A stretch of 64,000 bases of DNA from Octopus vulgaris (Eukaryota), in the NCBI GenBank assembly GCA_951406725.2, contig OX597820.1, positions 94,116,001 to 94,180,000 of the forward strand. Direction: 5' to 3'. The first letter of the stretch is position 1; each line of letters starts with the position of its first letter. Made by a program: the position numbers and the translations under genes. Below the pieces are notes generated by a model. It searched no databases, was not told the DNA's origin, and saw only the letters and a list, made by a program, of their open reading frames with translations. Of the stretch, positions 36,991-50,005 are shown piece after piece.

Positions 36991-38537
36991 CAATATTTTA
37001 TTGCAACCTTTCTTGAGAAGCGGGCGCGTGAGACATTACTCATTATCCGGCATACTGCACTACTAAAAGCATTCAAGTCAATTTTAACGTAAGATGTGCC
37101 ATTCACAAAGTGCCGCGGGCTACAGTTTGTCTATGATTGTATCAAACTGAAGCTAGACACTAGTCCAGCCAAGGATACGCTAAAATTGCCAATTGTTTTT
37201 TTTTTAACTAAACGATTAAACTTTATCAAGCATCGCCAATTTTCTATTGCAGTGTATGGCATAAAACTAGAATGGTATTCTTTACTTTGTTTTAGTTACC
37301 ACAACTAAAGCCATGCTGTGACAGCAGTAGATATTTTATAGGCTGGTGGGAAATAATACAGTTTTATTTTCAACGAACAATATAACATTTTTTAAAACTA
37401 TAGGAGAATCAAATGACAGTTATAGTTTGTAGTTACGTCCCTTTAGTGATAGGATTCCATTAAAGTTGATTTTCGTATATAAAATGAGGTAAAATTTATG
37501 AACCTCGATAACAACTGCATCTGTCCTTTTCAGTTTCTGCATGAATAGTTTTTGTCTCTCAATTTCTCTAACTGCTTTATCTTTGTCTTTCCCCCGTCAC
37601 TAATTCTTGGTCTCACGCAATCGATTTTATAAATATATCTTGCTATAGCACTCAACAACGTTTGATTTGTTTACAAATAACTGATAATATGCGAGATTTT
37701 TTTTTAATATATCAACGTTGTTGTTGAATTCTGCTCACACGAATAGCTATTACAATAGATTATAATGTATGGAATCTAGGAAAAGCCATTATCGGTTCAC
37801 TATGTTTAAAATAACTGACCTCAGCTAACATTAAATATGCGTGTATATGTATGTGTGCATGTGTGTGTGTGTGTGCACGCACACATATATATGCAGATAT
37901 TCATATATATCTGTGTGTATATATATAATTATATACATTTATATGAGAAAGATAATCAGCAAAAAGTGTGAAAATCATTTTATTTTATTTATTTTTGTCG
38001 ATGTCTAATGCAAGGTTCTTACTGAAGAATACATTATTGAGAATAGAATAGACATACTTCAAACTACTGTAAACGTATGTTTTCCAAAAGACTTGTACGA
38101 AATGAGAAATTGTGTGAATAAATGGGTTTCTTACTTTCAGTAAAAATCTCTCGATTCATTGTCGCACGCCATTTGTTCCATTGAAACAGTTACAAATGCG
38201 GAAATCTTGTTGGCTTTATTGACCGAATCTGCCTTTTGTATCCATACATCTAACAAATGGCGCATTCTCTAAAATTGCACTTCTGGTACTCTCATTTAAT
38301 TTCTTTGATGTTTTGCAAAGAACGACAAAAGGAACAAATGTGATTGGTTGCAAAAGCTTAAAGAATGAACCCGGGTGAGAAAGGTGAACAGTTTCCTTTA
38401 CGTAAGACCAGAACTAGTGCTGGTGTCTGGAAAGAAAGATAAATCTTACAACGAATTCTGTTGTTGTTGTAGTAGTAGTAGTAATAGTAGTAGCAGCAGA
38501 GGCGGCGGTGGTGGCAGTAGTAGTAGTAGTAGTAGTT

Positions 38538-38650
38538 TCTTAGCCCCAGGTCAACCCTGATCGAGCAGATCAAGGATCAAGATCATTCCAGTTTTCGTCA
38601 TCCTGTCTTTCTAAGAGTAGCTAGGAATACATCATCTAATGTGTCCTTTT
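38538..38650 (-). mobile_element. Dispersed repeat family E, 3' part
   Basis: TTAGCCCCAGGTCAACCCTGATCGAGCAGA...GATCAAGATCATTCCAG. Confidence 0.65.
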
Positions 38651-38700
38651 TGTATAAGGTGAAGTAGTTAAGAATGCGGGCTATATTGAAGATACGAGCT

Positions 38701-38763
38701 GAAGTGAACACATAATAAAGTGAACATAATAAAGTGAACATAATGAAGTGAACAAATAATAAA
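38701..38763. repeat. About 14-16-bp minisatellite AAGTGAAC(A)TAAT, 4 copies
   Basis: Direct reading. Confidence 0.88.
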
Positions 38764-39239
38764 CTTTCTTCATTGATATATATATACAATATTATTAAGC
38801 CCAAGGGTACCAAAACGTACGTTAATGGTAGTAATATCCCAGCTAGTAATGTATGTTGTAGGATGGTTTAACATAACATGAGTTATCTCGTATCAACAAG
38901 TTCTAACGGTAGTCAACTGTCTGCCTAGATATGGCATCCGTAAGATGCCATTTAATTTTCTTTACGTTTTAGAAAATTCTATAATATCGAGCAGATTATT
39001 GATTAATTAACTAAAAAATGAATTAATTAGGGGAAACAGCTAATGACGCTAAGTACACACCATTTAATAGGAGTTTGGTGGCCCTGCTTTATTGGAAAAC
39101 GCAAATCAATGCAAATGACATTGAATATTTGTAGCAGAGTAGCAATATTTGAAAAGGAATAAAAGAAAATAGGAAAGCAGAAAAACAGATAATGAAATCT
39201 GCCTCTCCTGTTATGTCTCACACACACACAAACACACAT

Positions 39240-39565
39240 AGCTCAGTGGTTAGATCATCAAGCTTACGATCGTGAGGTTGTGAGCTCGAATCCCGGACCG
39301 GGCTGCGTGTTGTGTTCTTGCGCAAGACTCTTTATTTCACGTTGCTTCAGTTCTCTCAGCTTCAGAAATGAGTTGCGACGTCACAGGTGCCAAGTTGTAT
39401 CGGCCTTTGCCTTTCCCTTGGATGACACTGGTGGCGTGGAAAGGGGAGGCCGGTATGCATGGGTGACTACTGGTCTTCCATAAACAACCTTGCCCGGACT
39501 TGTGCCTGGGAGGGTAGCTTTCTAGGTGCAATCCCATGGTCTGTGTCGTGACCGAAGGGGGGCTC
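39240..39565 (+). mobile_element. SINE family C, full length
   Basis: AGCTCAGTGGTTAGA A-box, GCTCGAATCCC B-box, central CAAGACTCTTTATTTCACGTTGC, tail ending GACCGAAGGGGG. Confidence 0.9.
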
Positions 39566-39677
39566 AGAAGATATATATATATATATATATACATAAAAGC
39601 AAATATTTATTTGCTTTTATGTATAATTTTCCCTCACGGGCTATTCTTTACTGGAAAGCAATACTCTCGTATTGCAT

Positions 39678-39727
<50 letters not shown>

Positions 39728-40577
39728 GATTTAAATATGAGCTACTCTAAATATTATATTCCCATTGTATTGTATTCGAGTGAGCTAGTATATCTGATTA
39801 TTATACTGTCGTTGCATGAAACTTATAGGAGCTCACATTTAAATTCTGTGCTTATTTAATTATAATTATCTCTCGTTACAAGGAGTACTTTTTTATCCTA
39901 CCAATAATGAAATAGTAAATACACTGTGTGTGTGTGTGTGTGTGTGTGTAGCTTATGAAGTGTAACGACGCAGAAGCGCCTGTCCTACTGTCCGATAATA
40001 TAATTATTGGATTTTACATAACCCAGCTGCGAGTTTATTAAGCGCACATATACACACATTTATATATATATATGAAAGAGAATTTCTCTCGCGAAACAAT
40101 TTCTGTAGCAAACGTCTTTCCACGTTTGCGTGTACACGAATGTGTTGAATATATAAAATACATGCAATGAATAAAACATCCCCTAATACTCAGGATACAG
40201 AGTAAGCCTGATTCTTACATACATTTTCTTTAACTCTCGTGATAATATCCTTTCTCAATAATTCATTTCTTTCCAGAGCTACATGGTGTACCTTTCTTTC
40301 CATTTCCCGCTCTCATAATTCTACTACTGCACAGACCGCTAATTCTGTGCCAGTCTTCCAAAATCCTTCTTTGTTTCTCTTCTATATTCTTCCAAACTAT
40401 AACAATAGAAGCCATATAACTATTTAAAAGCAAAATCAACTACATTAATTTTCCCCAATTATTTCCCCCAACGACTCAGCTTTCAGAGATGAAGGAGGGT
40501 AGTTTTGATAAGATTATGAGTTGTCTTTATCTCTTTATAGCAGATAAAAGAAACTATTAAAAAAAAAAAAAACGGAT

Positions 40578-40820
40578 AAAAGGTTCTTCCCGAGCCATAG
40601 GCTCATAAGGCTGTTTCCCGGATTTTGTGGTGTTTATTTTTCCCAGTGGACGGGAGGCCGGTCCGTCGCGGGTTTGCTCATTTTTGCCAGTTGAGTGGAC
40701 TGGAGTAACGTAAAATTAAGTATTTTGCTCAATAACTTAACACATGGCCGGGTCCAGGAATTGAAAGCACAATCTTATGATCATGAGTGCAACGTCCTAA
40801 CCACTAAGCAAAGCGCCTTT
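40578..40820 (-). mobile_element. SINE family C variant with an alternative tail
   Basis: Same head and central module as family C; tail GCGACGGACCGGCCTCCCGTCCA...TATGAGCCTATGGCTCGGGAAG. Confidence 0.72.
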
Positions 40821-41682
40821 ATAGTAAATTAATGGCACACTGATAAATTTCGCTTTTCAATTGTCTCGGATACATGCTTGTATTAAAAGGGAATGTTTAT
40901 GAGAAAGAGGGACAAACACATAAAGAGAGAGAGAGAGAGCGTAGAAGCACATGTAAAATATTCAAATAAATGATCTCATAGAGACAATTGCACTGAGCTA
41001 TGTGTAGGGGATTTTAAAGTGAATAGGGGGGTCATAGAAGTAGGGTGGTTAGCTTTACACTAACAAGTGATAGCGTCTCATGCTTTTGGCTGTAAGGGAT
41101 GGTAGGAATATAGTCCACTGATAAGTGCAGACGTCCGAGTATGATACGGCTACACGAAACCTTATTTTCATGTAAGAATTTGAAACCCGAGTTCACACAC
41201 ACAAATGCGCGCGCACAAAAAAAAGAATAAATAAAATTCCAATGAATGATATAAATGGTTCCATCAATTTCTTTTACTAGTCTATTAATATCTCATTGCA
41301 AAGATATAGGAATACAATTACCATTCCTTTATAGCCAAACAACAACAACAAACCTAGATTCCACAGTCACACGTTATACTTTTGTTTCCGATTTAATAGC
41401 CTGTTGTTTTTGTTGTTGTTTGTTGCTGTTTAATCTGTATTGTTCTGGGAAAAATTTCGTTTGTTCTTGCAATATTTGTTAAACAACAATACCTCCTCCG
41501 CAATAAAACAATAAAATCTTTATAACATCATCAGTATACGGTTTAAAGAAAAAATATTCATCGCTGGATTTGTTAGATCAAATTATTGAGTTGTAAAACA
41601 ACACAAGAATCAGGTTTTTGTCAACCTCGTTTCAAGCTGATGTAAGAGGACCGGGCCTCAAATCATGGAGACTAAATACATG

Positions 41683-41720
<38 letters not shown>

Positions 41721-41721
41721 T

Positions 41722-42150
41722 AGGTGTAAGCATTACTGTGTGGATAATCAGCTCGCTTTGCAACACGCAGTGTCGGGTTCAGCCCTCACTCACCACAGTA
41801 CCTTGGGCAAGTGTCTTCTACTATACATCCGGGCCGACCAATATCTTAAGAGTGGATTTTGTAAACGAAAACTGTGCGGAAGCCCGTCATATATGTGCGT
41901 ATATGTATGTATGTATGTATGTATGTATACGCGCGTGAATGTCTACCTTTGTGTTAGTGTCTGTACCACCCCCACTGCTTGACAAACAGTTGGTTTGTTT
42001 ATGTACTCGTAACTTAGCGGTTCGGCAAAATAAATCGACAGAACAAGTAACAGACTTTACAGAATAAGTACTGGGTTCGACTTGTTCGACTAAACCCTTC
42101 AAAGCTGTGCCCCAGCATGGTCGCAGTACAATGACAGAAACAAGTAAAAA
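41722..42150 (+). mobile_element. SINE family B, diverged
   Basis: ACCTTGGGCAAGTGTCTTCTACTATA; tail ATGACAGAAACAAGTAAAAA. Confidence 0.85.
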
Positions 42151-42459
42151 GATTGAGACATCGTCATAAACTGAAAGAAGAAAACAAGCGTAATATGATA
42201 ACCAAATAACTGAATAGTAAAAAAAACACACAAATACACACACACAGGTGAGAGGTGATATAAGGGGCCGATTGTATACAGCGATAGAAGTGGGTGTAAG
42301 GAATGTAATATCAGTCTTTTGAAGGTGGCAAGAAATGGAATGTTGAATATTCATATTGTTATATTCAAGCAAAAAAATATTACTACAGCGGTAGCCTTTT
42401 ATATGGTGTCTCTTTGGCTAGCTCTGCAAACATTTATACATATTAGAGAAAAAAAGGCT

Positions 42460-42512
<53 letters not shown>

Positions 42513-42677
42513 ATGCGTGTGCATGCGTACGTGCGCGTGAGGTGAGGGTACTCTTCATTTTCAACCATCTGGTTTTGCAAACAAATCTATTTCAGATTAG
42601 AAAACATGTTAGAAATTACACTAGTACATATTCAGCTACAACTACGGAGAGAACACTCCCCTTCTCTCTTTCATTAA

Positions 42678-42730
<53 letters not shown>

Positions 42731-43437
42731 ACCCACTCACGCACTCACACAAGAAGGGGGAGGAGATGTATGTGTGTCGGTATAAATGCATACATACATA
42801 CATACATAAAAAATATAGGTATACATGCATATATATATGTGTGTGTGTGTGTATGCGTGTGCAATACGTGCGTTTGAGTGTGTGTGTGCATGTGTGCCAG
42901 AATGTACGTTTGTGTGTGTGTGTAGTGTATGTGTGTGTGTGTGTATGCGTGTGCAATGCGTGCGTTTGAGTGTGGTGTGTGCATGTGTACGCTCTCACCA
43001 CACACGTCTTCAAACTCCTGAACACACACATACAGACAGGCGTACACACGCACACACACAAACATACAGTCTGACGTATTCTGTTTTGACATTACAGATT
43101 TAGGGAGCCAAAAATATTTTTAAACGATAAACACAAGAAATTCTTGGAAGATGTATAATAATAACAACTATCACTCTCTACAATCTGTTGCTGCTTTGTG
43201 AAGTGTCGTCTTTGTTGTTGTTTTTGATGATGATGATGATGGTGGTGGTGGTTGTGGTGCATGCATCTAAAGACAGCACCTAACTACTTACCTACCTACC
43301 CACCTAACTACAGATGCATAAATATATCGTCATTTGATAGTATACGTGTTGAAATGTCTATATGTCTAAATAGTTGAGATACTGTTAAAACATCCATGTC
43401 AACCACTGCAATTGGTGTTGGTAGACATGAAACTAGA

Positions 43438-43471
<34 letters not shown>

Positions 43472-43667
43472 GTTTCTTTATTAACCATTATGGATAGCAC
43501 AGGACAAAACAAAGAATGTGTGTGTGTATCTGTGTGTTTGTTGTGTTGTGAGGGTTTTGCGTGTAAATAAGACTAATCCTTTCTACTAAAGGCTCAAGGC
43601 CCAAAATTTGGGAGATGGGGAGTAGTCAATTACATAATAATAATAATAATAATAATAGTAATAATAA

Positions 43668-43993
43668 TGATATGGGAATGACAGCAAAAGGGGCTGATTG
43701 CTACCTAACTCAGATACCAGGAAACCCAAAAATGGCAGAAATTCAAAAGATAGTGCTCATGGGAACTGTTCATATCCTACGCAAAATACTTTCTATGTAA
43801 TCTCAAGTTTTAAAACAAACATAATTTTCGTATGGTTTTTTTAGGCATTCATTAGTACAACACTAAGTACAAAACCAAATATATGGCACCCTAGGCATAA
43901 CACCAGCATGAACTTCCAACTTGTTGTCTCTTGGGGTCTCTGGGTGAGACTTGGAGCCAGCTTGTGCAAATGTAAAGCAAAAGTCAAACATAG
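43668..43993 (+). mobile_element. R4/Dong-clade non-LTR retrotransposon 3' fragment in (AAT)n
   Basis: ORF ends ...AEIQKIVLMGTVHILRKILSM* (stop at 43798-43800), matching the REL-LINE C-terminal QKxVLxGTxxILR motif; (AAT)n on both sides, the known Dong target. Confidence 0.8.
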
Positions 43994-44005
43994 AATAATA
44001 ATAAT

Positions 44006-44145
44006 AATCCTTTCTACAATAGGCAGAGGGTCTGAAATTTTCTTTTGAGTGTGAAATAGTCGATTGCGTCGAACCCCCCCCCCCCCGCACTTAACTGGTA
44101 CTTATTTAATCGACCCCGAAAGGATGAAAGGCAAAACCGACCTCG
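44006..44145 (-). mobile_element. SINE family A core and tail, without tRNA head
   Basis: ATCGACCCCGAAAGGATGAAAGGCAAAACCGACCTCG, followed directly by LINE sequence. Confidence 0.8.
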
Positions 44146-44612
44146 TGGGGGAACCCACAAGAAACACGGTTGCCTTGACCACTAAGACAAATGCCTTGTC
44201 CAAGATGTCATCCAATCTACAGGCGCATAGGCAAAGCAAACCCGTTCATTCGGATCATCTTTTCAACTCTTATTCACCCATCAAAGACTTTTTATAGAAG
44301 ACATAATTTCACGCTCAATCTCATTTTTCGTTTCATGTGATCAGAGAGAAAGATATCTGTCTTCAGCCCTTTCGCACTCGTCCATCCAACAACGTCTTTT
44401 ATCAAAGCCACCAGGGCGGATAGAAGCAACCTGCCCTTCTCGACCAAAAGAAGGCGGCAGCACGACCTTAAAAACAGACTCATCTGGTAACGGGATCAGT
44501 CCTACACGTGACAGCAGATGTTCGATATACCTCCAAATCAGCAATGCTCGGGCATTGGACAAGTGCGTGCAGAAAGGTTTCGTTACCCAGCGTGCTTCTC
44601 GAACCAGCTTCC
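44146..44612 (-). mobile_element. L1/Tx1-like LINE ORF2 C-terminal relic
   Basis: Minus strand ETFLHALVQCPSIADL/WRYIEHLLSRVG (zf-RVT tail ETxxHxxxxC...W), then VALIKDVVGWTSAKG and HMKRKMRL; frameshifted. Confidence 0.72.
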
Positions 44613-44699
44613 TTGACAGTACTTCCCTGTTGTGACTCGAATTGGCAATGACACCTGTATTACTATTAGGCTATACTATTTTTTATTCATTAGAAAAGA

Positions 44700-44900
44700 G
44701 AGTAGCAAAGAATATTACAAAGATAGAGGTAGACTTATCTCATTATACACAAATGTATTCGGAACATGGTTTTCATGGTTGTTAATGCGAAAACGCTTCC
44801 ACCGTTGTTACCTCTGGCCTTCTTCAGGTTCCTGTCATAATCAGAAACGTTCTTGAAATTTTGAACTGTATCCCTTATTTAATCTACGAGGGTATTTCCA
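44700..44900 (-). mobile_element. Penelope-like terminal fragment with decayed hammerhead motif (44789-44832)
   Basis: Minus strand GAAC-CTGAAGA-AGGCC...GGTG-GAAGC-GTT-TTC. Confidence 0.4.
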
Positions 44901-45247
44901 TTTTGTTCCCTATACCAGGGATATATTCCTATAAGTTGTTCTCCTGTCAGAAAAAAGTATTAGATCTGTGGTTTGTCCCCCATTCATACAGTCTTCAAAA
45001 GCAACTCTACTCTTTCGGAAACATCTCCCTTGAACAAAGTTTTTACTAGAAAAGATCAAAAAGACTAAGAACTGTGTGTATTACACCCCACGAAGTTGTC
45101 ATAGTGAATATAAAGGCGAAAACAACCAGCCCTTGAAATGAGGTAAGTATTGTAAAGCAGCCATCCGAGGGGACAGAAAAACAAAGAATGGCTAATTGCT
45201 TGTGAAGTGCAAAATGAAGTCACCAATACTCGTACGACAAAGTCAAG

Positions 45248-45311
45248 CGAGTTCTATATTTAAGAGATGAGGAATTATGTACATTATTTAAATTATGTAA
45301 ATAATGTAAAT
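45248..45311 (-). mobile_element. 64-bp mini-insertion of the 976-1249 family's 3' end
   Basis: AGTTCTATATTTAAGAGATGAGGAATTATGTACATTATTTA is the reverse complement of 1208-1248; 9-bp TSD AAAGTCAAG (45239-45247, 45312-45320). Confidence 0.75.
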
Positions 45312-46242
45312 AAAGTCAAGAGATTAGAGCAACACTGGAAAATAAAATCAACTGAAACGCATATGCGGGATTTTGATAATCACTTAGATCTCTTAGGATA
45401 TTGATGAACAGAATGTAGGGAGCTTTAATTCAGGGAGAAACAACATTAAACCTCCGACCATAAAAGAGTTAGGTTTAAAGTCCCTAATTCCATTAGCTAA
45501 TAGTCCTACTGGACACTGAGATAATGGATGCATGCAATGATTAAGTGTTAAGCTTAGCTAGTGAGCTAAATCCCTGGATCAGACAATCAAATATATACTC
45601 TGTGTCAAATGTCTCTCTCAAATGTCTCTCTATCTCCCACATATATTGTCTGAGGATTTGCAAAGAGACAAAGAGATTAGAGATGGTTATAGGTCAAGCT
45701 GATAGTAGGTTGAAGATTCACTTCCTGTACATTTGACACTGTGAGATGTTATTGGCAATTCTTCTAAATAAGAATAATGTTTTGGCCTAGAAATTAGGCA
45801 GTCTAGAATTACTTTCCTCTATAGAATCAGTTCCTGTCTCCTCTGTAGCATTGTACGTCATTGACAATGTGTTCTGGTGGTTTCTGACAATACAACAATG
45901 AGAATATATATTTGTAATTGAGAAGAAAGAGCGGGAAGAGTCAATAACATGAGGTTAATACACTATCTTCTAAGATTGGCACAAGACCTCAATTATTTTG
46001 ACTCCGGAAGGATGAAAGGCAAAGCTGATCTTGGTGGGATTTGAAATCTGAACGTAAAAGTACACTGTTAAATACGGCAGTATACATTATGTAAGATAGT
46101 GGATTGATAAAGTCGGTCGAGTGACGAACAAAATAATTGTATAATACGAGTGGTAACAACAAGCTCATTAATAAATGTTTCTATTTTTAACAGTATATAT
46201 TCCGTGCACCACACATAAAACTAAGTACAGTGCACCTTAATA

Positions 46243-46377
46243 GTGGTTTCAAGGCGTGCAATTTCAGGAGAAGGTTTATGTCGATTACATCGACCTCAGT
46301 GTTTAACTGGTAAAGATGGACAAAGTGCCGCTAAGCATTTTGCACGGCGTGCTAACAATTCTACCAGCTCACCGTCT
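46243..46377 (-). mobile_element. SINE family A, internally deleted
   Basis: 17-bp TSD TACAGTGCACCTTAATA (46226-46242, 46378-46394). Confidence 0.85.
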
Positions 46378-46724
46378 TACAGTGCACCTTAATATTATTT
46401 GGTTCTAAGAAACGACTAGGAATACAGAGTTTCATTTTCAGGGTATTAATCAAAGAACGAGGGTTGGTGTCCATGAATTTTAGAGTCATTTCAAAATTGT
46501 TGAAATAGACGTGGATAATGTTCTGTTTAAATGCCCGATGTTGATGCTTTCAAGAAAAGCATGGATAGATAGAAATCTGCAAAGGTTAGCAGTTTTCAAT
46601 TGGAGGACTGATTGAGAATGAGCTTAATGCAAGATCTGAAGGTAAGATTTGGCAGAGATGATGGCAGGCGAGGTTGAAAGATCGGATAGTGGTGGTAGTG
46701 ATGATGAAGAAAGTAATGTCTCGA

Positions 46725-46950
46725 TACCCGGTTATTCAGTTTCCACTGCGTATAAGTAACCGAGATTGTACTTTTAACCCTGAACGAGAGGTCAGGCCAT
46801 CGCAGGGTACTCACAGCTGAGTGGACAGGAGCAATGTGAAATAAAGTTATTTGCTCAAGAACACAACACACCGCTCGGGTTGGGAATCGAAACTATCATC
46901 TTACAATCGTGAGTGCAACAGTTTAACCGCTAGTAAATGCGTTCTCACTT
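46725..46950 (-). mobile_element. SINE family C variant
   Basis: CAGCTGAGTGGACAGGAGCAATGTGAAATAAAGTTATTTGCTCAAGAACACAAC central module; tail related to 40578-40680. Confidence 0.72.
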
Positions 46951-47582
46951 TGTGGTGAAGAGGTTATGCATGAAAAGGTAGAGAGAAGGAACAGTGCCAT
47001 GGCTAGTTTGAAGTCAAAGATTGGAGGCGGGATAATATTTGGCAATATGCTGAATGGAATTCTTTTGGATATATTATCGATCATGTTTTTGAAAATGTTT
47101 TCGTATATTTATCTCGAAGTAACAGTACTCCAATATTTGTTTTACTTCAGTTTTGTTGAGATACGGCAAATGATCAGAGCTGGAGTATTTTTTGTGCGTC
47201 CGTGCGGAAGTGAATAGATTTGAGCTTGCACTTGATGTGCATCTTACATCAAACGATATAATATTGATTCTTAATACTGCTGTAAGACCAGAAATTATGC
47301 ATGATGGTCGATTAAAATACCACCTTTAGTGACGGAAACACTGCATATAAGAATTTCTAATTAAAATTTGGGGTTGTTTTCCTTCCATTTTCTGACAATC
47401 ATTCAGATCGTGATTATTTACATCATTAAAAATTAAATTTCAATTTATCAAAATTTCCTAGTTTATTACATCAATCGTGGCTAGCTCTCCCACTTTACTA
47501 TTAGGTTTTCATGCAGCTGGCAACCCTGTGTATATCATTCGTACGACAATTGTCCGACATTGTCTCCAGTAACCAAAGAACT

Positions 47583-47630
<48 letters not shown>

Positions 47631-48296
47631 CTAAAAAGCATTTATTGCTCAGGTTGTTTAAACAAAAATGAGCCTAGAGCAATAACTCAAAATGGCTAGT
47701 GGCAAGTATTTGAATAACATGAACAATAGAAATAATCAAATTGTGCAATGGAACTAAATGCGCCATAGGAAGAAAAAAAAACCCAGAAAAGAACCTAACG
47801 TTTCAAGTTTGGTCCTTTATCAAAATATGAGAAAGACAAAACAGAAAACATGTACGATGTCGAATTTAAGACGTCTAATTACATGTAAACAAACGTCTTA
47901 AATACGTTATCCTACATTGTATCTCTTTCTCTAGCCTCTCACAATTCTTTAAGGTAATTAAATGCTCAGATTTCAAATCTCAATAAATCTTTTTTTCACT
48001 TTTAATTATTCAGGAGTCGATAAAATAAATGCAAATATACAAACTTATATAAATGTCTAATCCATTCTGTTATATAAATTGGTCTTGTGCCAATTCAAAA
48101 CAAAGTAATACTGCTTTCATCTATCTATTCGATAAATCGTTTATCACAATACTGAATGCAACAATAGTATCAGTAATGATGTAATTCGTCGAACAGTCTA
48201 CGGATTTTGCTACTCAAAAGAAGAAAACGATGAAGTGCTTTTTTCATTTTAGCTTGAATAGAGAAATAAATAAATAAATGAAATAAAGAAATGAAA

Positions 48297-48503
48297 TAAT
48301 TTTGATACAGAACCATCAATTTTGAGGGAAGGAAAGTCGATTACATCGACCCCAGTACTCAACTGGTGGTTTAATTTTATGTACCTCGAAAGGATGAAAG
48401 TAAAGTAGACCTCGGTGGAACTTGAAGTCAGAACGTAAAACGCCGGAAGAAATTCCACAAAACATTTCGTCCAGAGCCGTAACGTTTCTGCAAACTCACT
48501 GCC

Positions 48504-48505
<2 letters not shown>
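48297..48505 (-). mobile_element. SINE family A, diverged
   Basis: Core and head recognisable; abuts (AAT)n at 48506-48577. Confidence 0.8.
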
Positions 48506-48577
<72 letters not shown>

Positions 48578-48578
<1 letters not shown>

Positions 48579-49133
48579 TGCTCTGATGCAGTACCAGGCA
48601 GTGATTCTCATGGCTTCTGATCTTAACTGATTGGAAGTGTTATCATGTACATTGTTTTGTCTTGGTATAAAAGATGAGCTACAACAAATATTCTGCTCAA
48701 TACCACAGATTTGCTTGTCAGTTGTTTGACCTTAACCAGTTGAGCATGTCCCTTAGTGGCTGACGATATGTGCATCTCTGATCACGAGCAGAAGTAGTGG
48801 GAGAGCATCATAGCCATATGTTGAGAGGGATTCTTTGGGGTTTGAATAATTCACCTCTGGAAACATGGGTGTTTCGTTCAACATCCTTAAACAATCCTTA
48901 CTCAGGGACCTCTTGAGCAGGGTGGGTTACTCGACCAGAAGAAAATTCTAACTGGGCCCCACCTACAAGGTCATGTGCTGTTTATCTTGATATGAGATCA
49001 TCATGTCGCGCACATATGGTTGTGATGCATGTGCCTGGTGTACCCTTATCAGACGGGTAGTCATGATGAGTATACTGGGCTTCGTATATTTTACCCCAGT
49101 GTCACTTTGATGGCATGCACTGCTCTCTCACTC
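48578..49133 (+). mobile_element. Non-coding insertion within (AAT)n; probable 3' UTR of a microsatellite-targeting (R4/Dong-like) LINE
   Basis: About 555 bp of complex, higher-GC sequence flanked by (AAT)n on both sides; no ORF; identity inferred from the target. Confidence 0.5.
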
Positions 49134-49671
49134 AATAATAATAATAATAACAATAACAATAATAAATACAATAGATTTAGATATAAGGCCAGAAATTTTG
49201 AAGGAAGGGTAGGTATTAGTTAATATCATTGACCCAATACGTGACTGGTACTAGTATTTTAATGATTCCGAAAGGATGAAAGGTAAGGTTAACTTCGGCG
49301 GGACTTGACATCAGAATGTAAGGAGCTAGATCAAATACTGTCAAAGATTTTTTTTTTCTTTTTCGATACTCTTAACAATGCTGCTAATCCACCGAATTCA
49401 AATCCCGTTGAGATCAACTTCCCTTTTCGTCTTCTCGGTATTGATAAAATAAAATACCAATTAAATATTAACGCCGATGTTATCAACTAAAAAACCCACT
49501 CCTAAGTGTATCGTAAATATCACGTCACGTTTTATATATAAGTAATGAAAAATTACAGACGTGAACTCTTTGCAAGAATCAACAAGGTAGGGCTCAATTT
49601 ATTGAGCGATTAGATTAAAGTATTAATTTGAAAGAGACAAGTTCCACTCCTCGTCAAAGCCGACACATATC

Positions 49672-49864
49672 TGTTTCTTTATTGCCCACAAGGGGCCAAA
49701 CACAGAGGGGACAAACAAGGACAGACAAATGGATTAAGTCGATTACATCGACCCCAGTGCGTAACTGGTACTTAATTTATCGACCCCGAAAGGATGAAAG
49801 GCAAAGTCGACCTCGGCGGAATTTGAACTCAAAACGCAACGACAGACACAATACCGCTAAGCAT
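49672..49864 (-). mobile_element. SINE family A, long-tail monomer, 5'-truncated
   Basis: TTTCTTTATTGCCCACAAGGGG...GAATTTGAACTC. Confidence 0.88.
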
Positions 49865-49908
49865 ATATCTAGACACAGACGACATATATAAGCCTTTATA
49901 GGCATGCG

Positions 49909-49976
<68 letters not shown>

Positions 49977-50005
49977 TACACACACATATATATATATACG
50001 TATTA

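Noticed and set aside
38701-38763. CRISPR-like short repeat array
   Set aside because: Contiguous minisatellite with no unique spacers; eukaryotic context; no cas genes.
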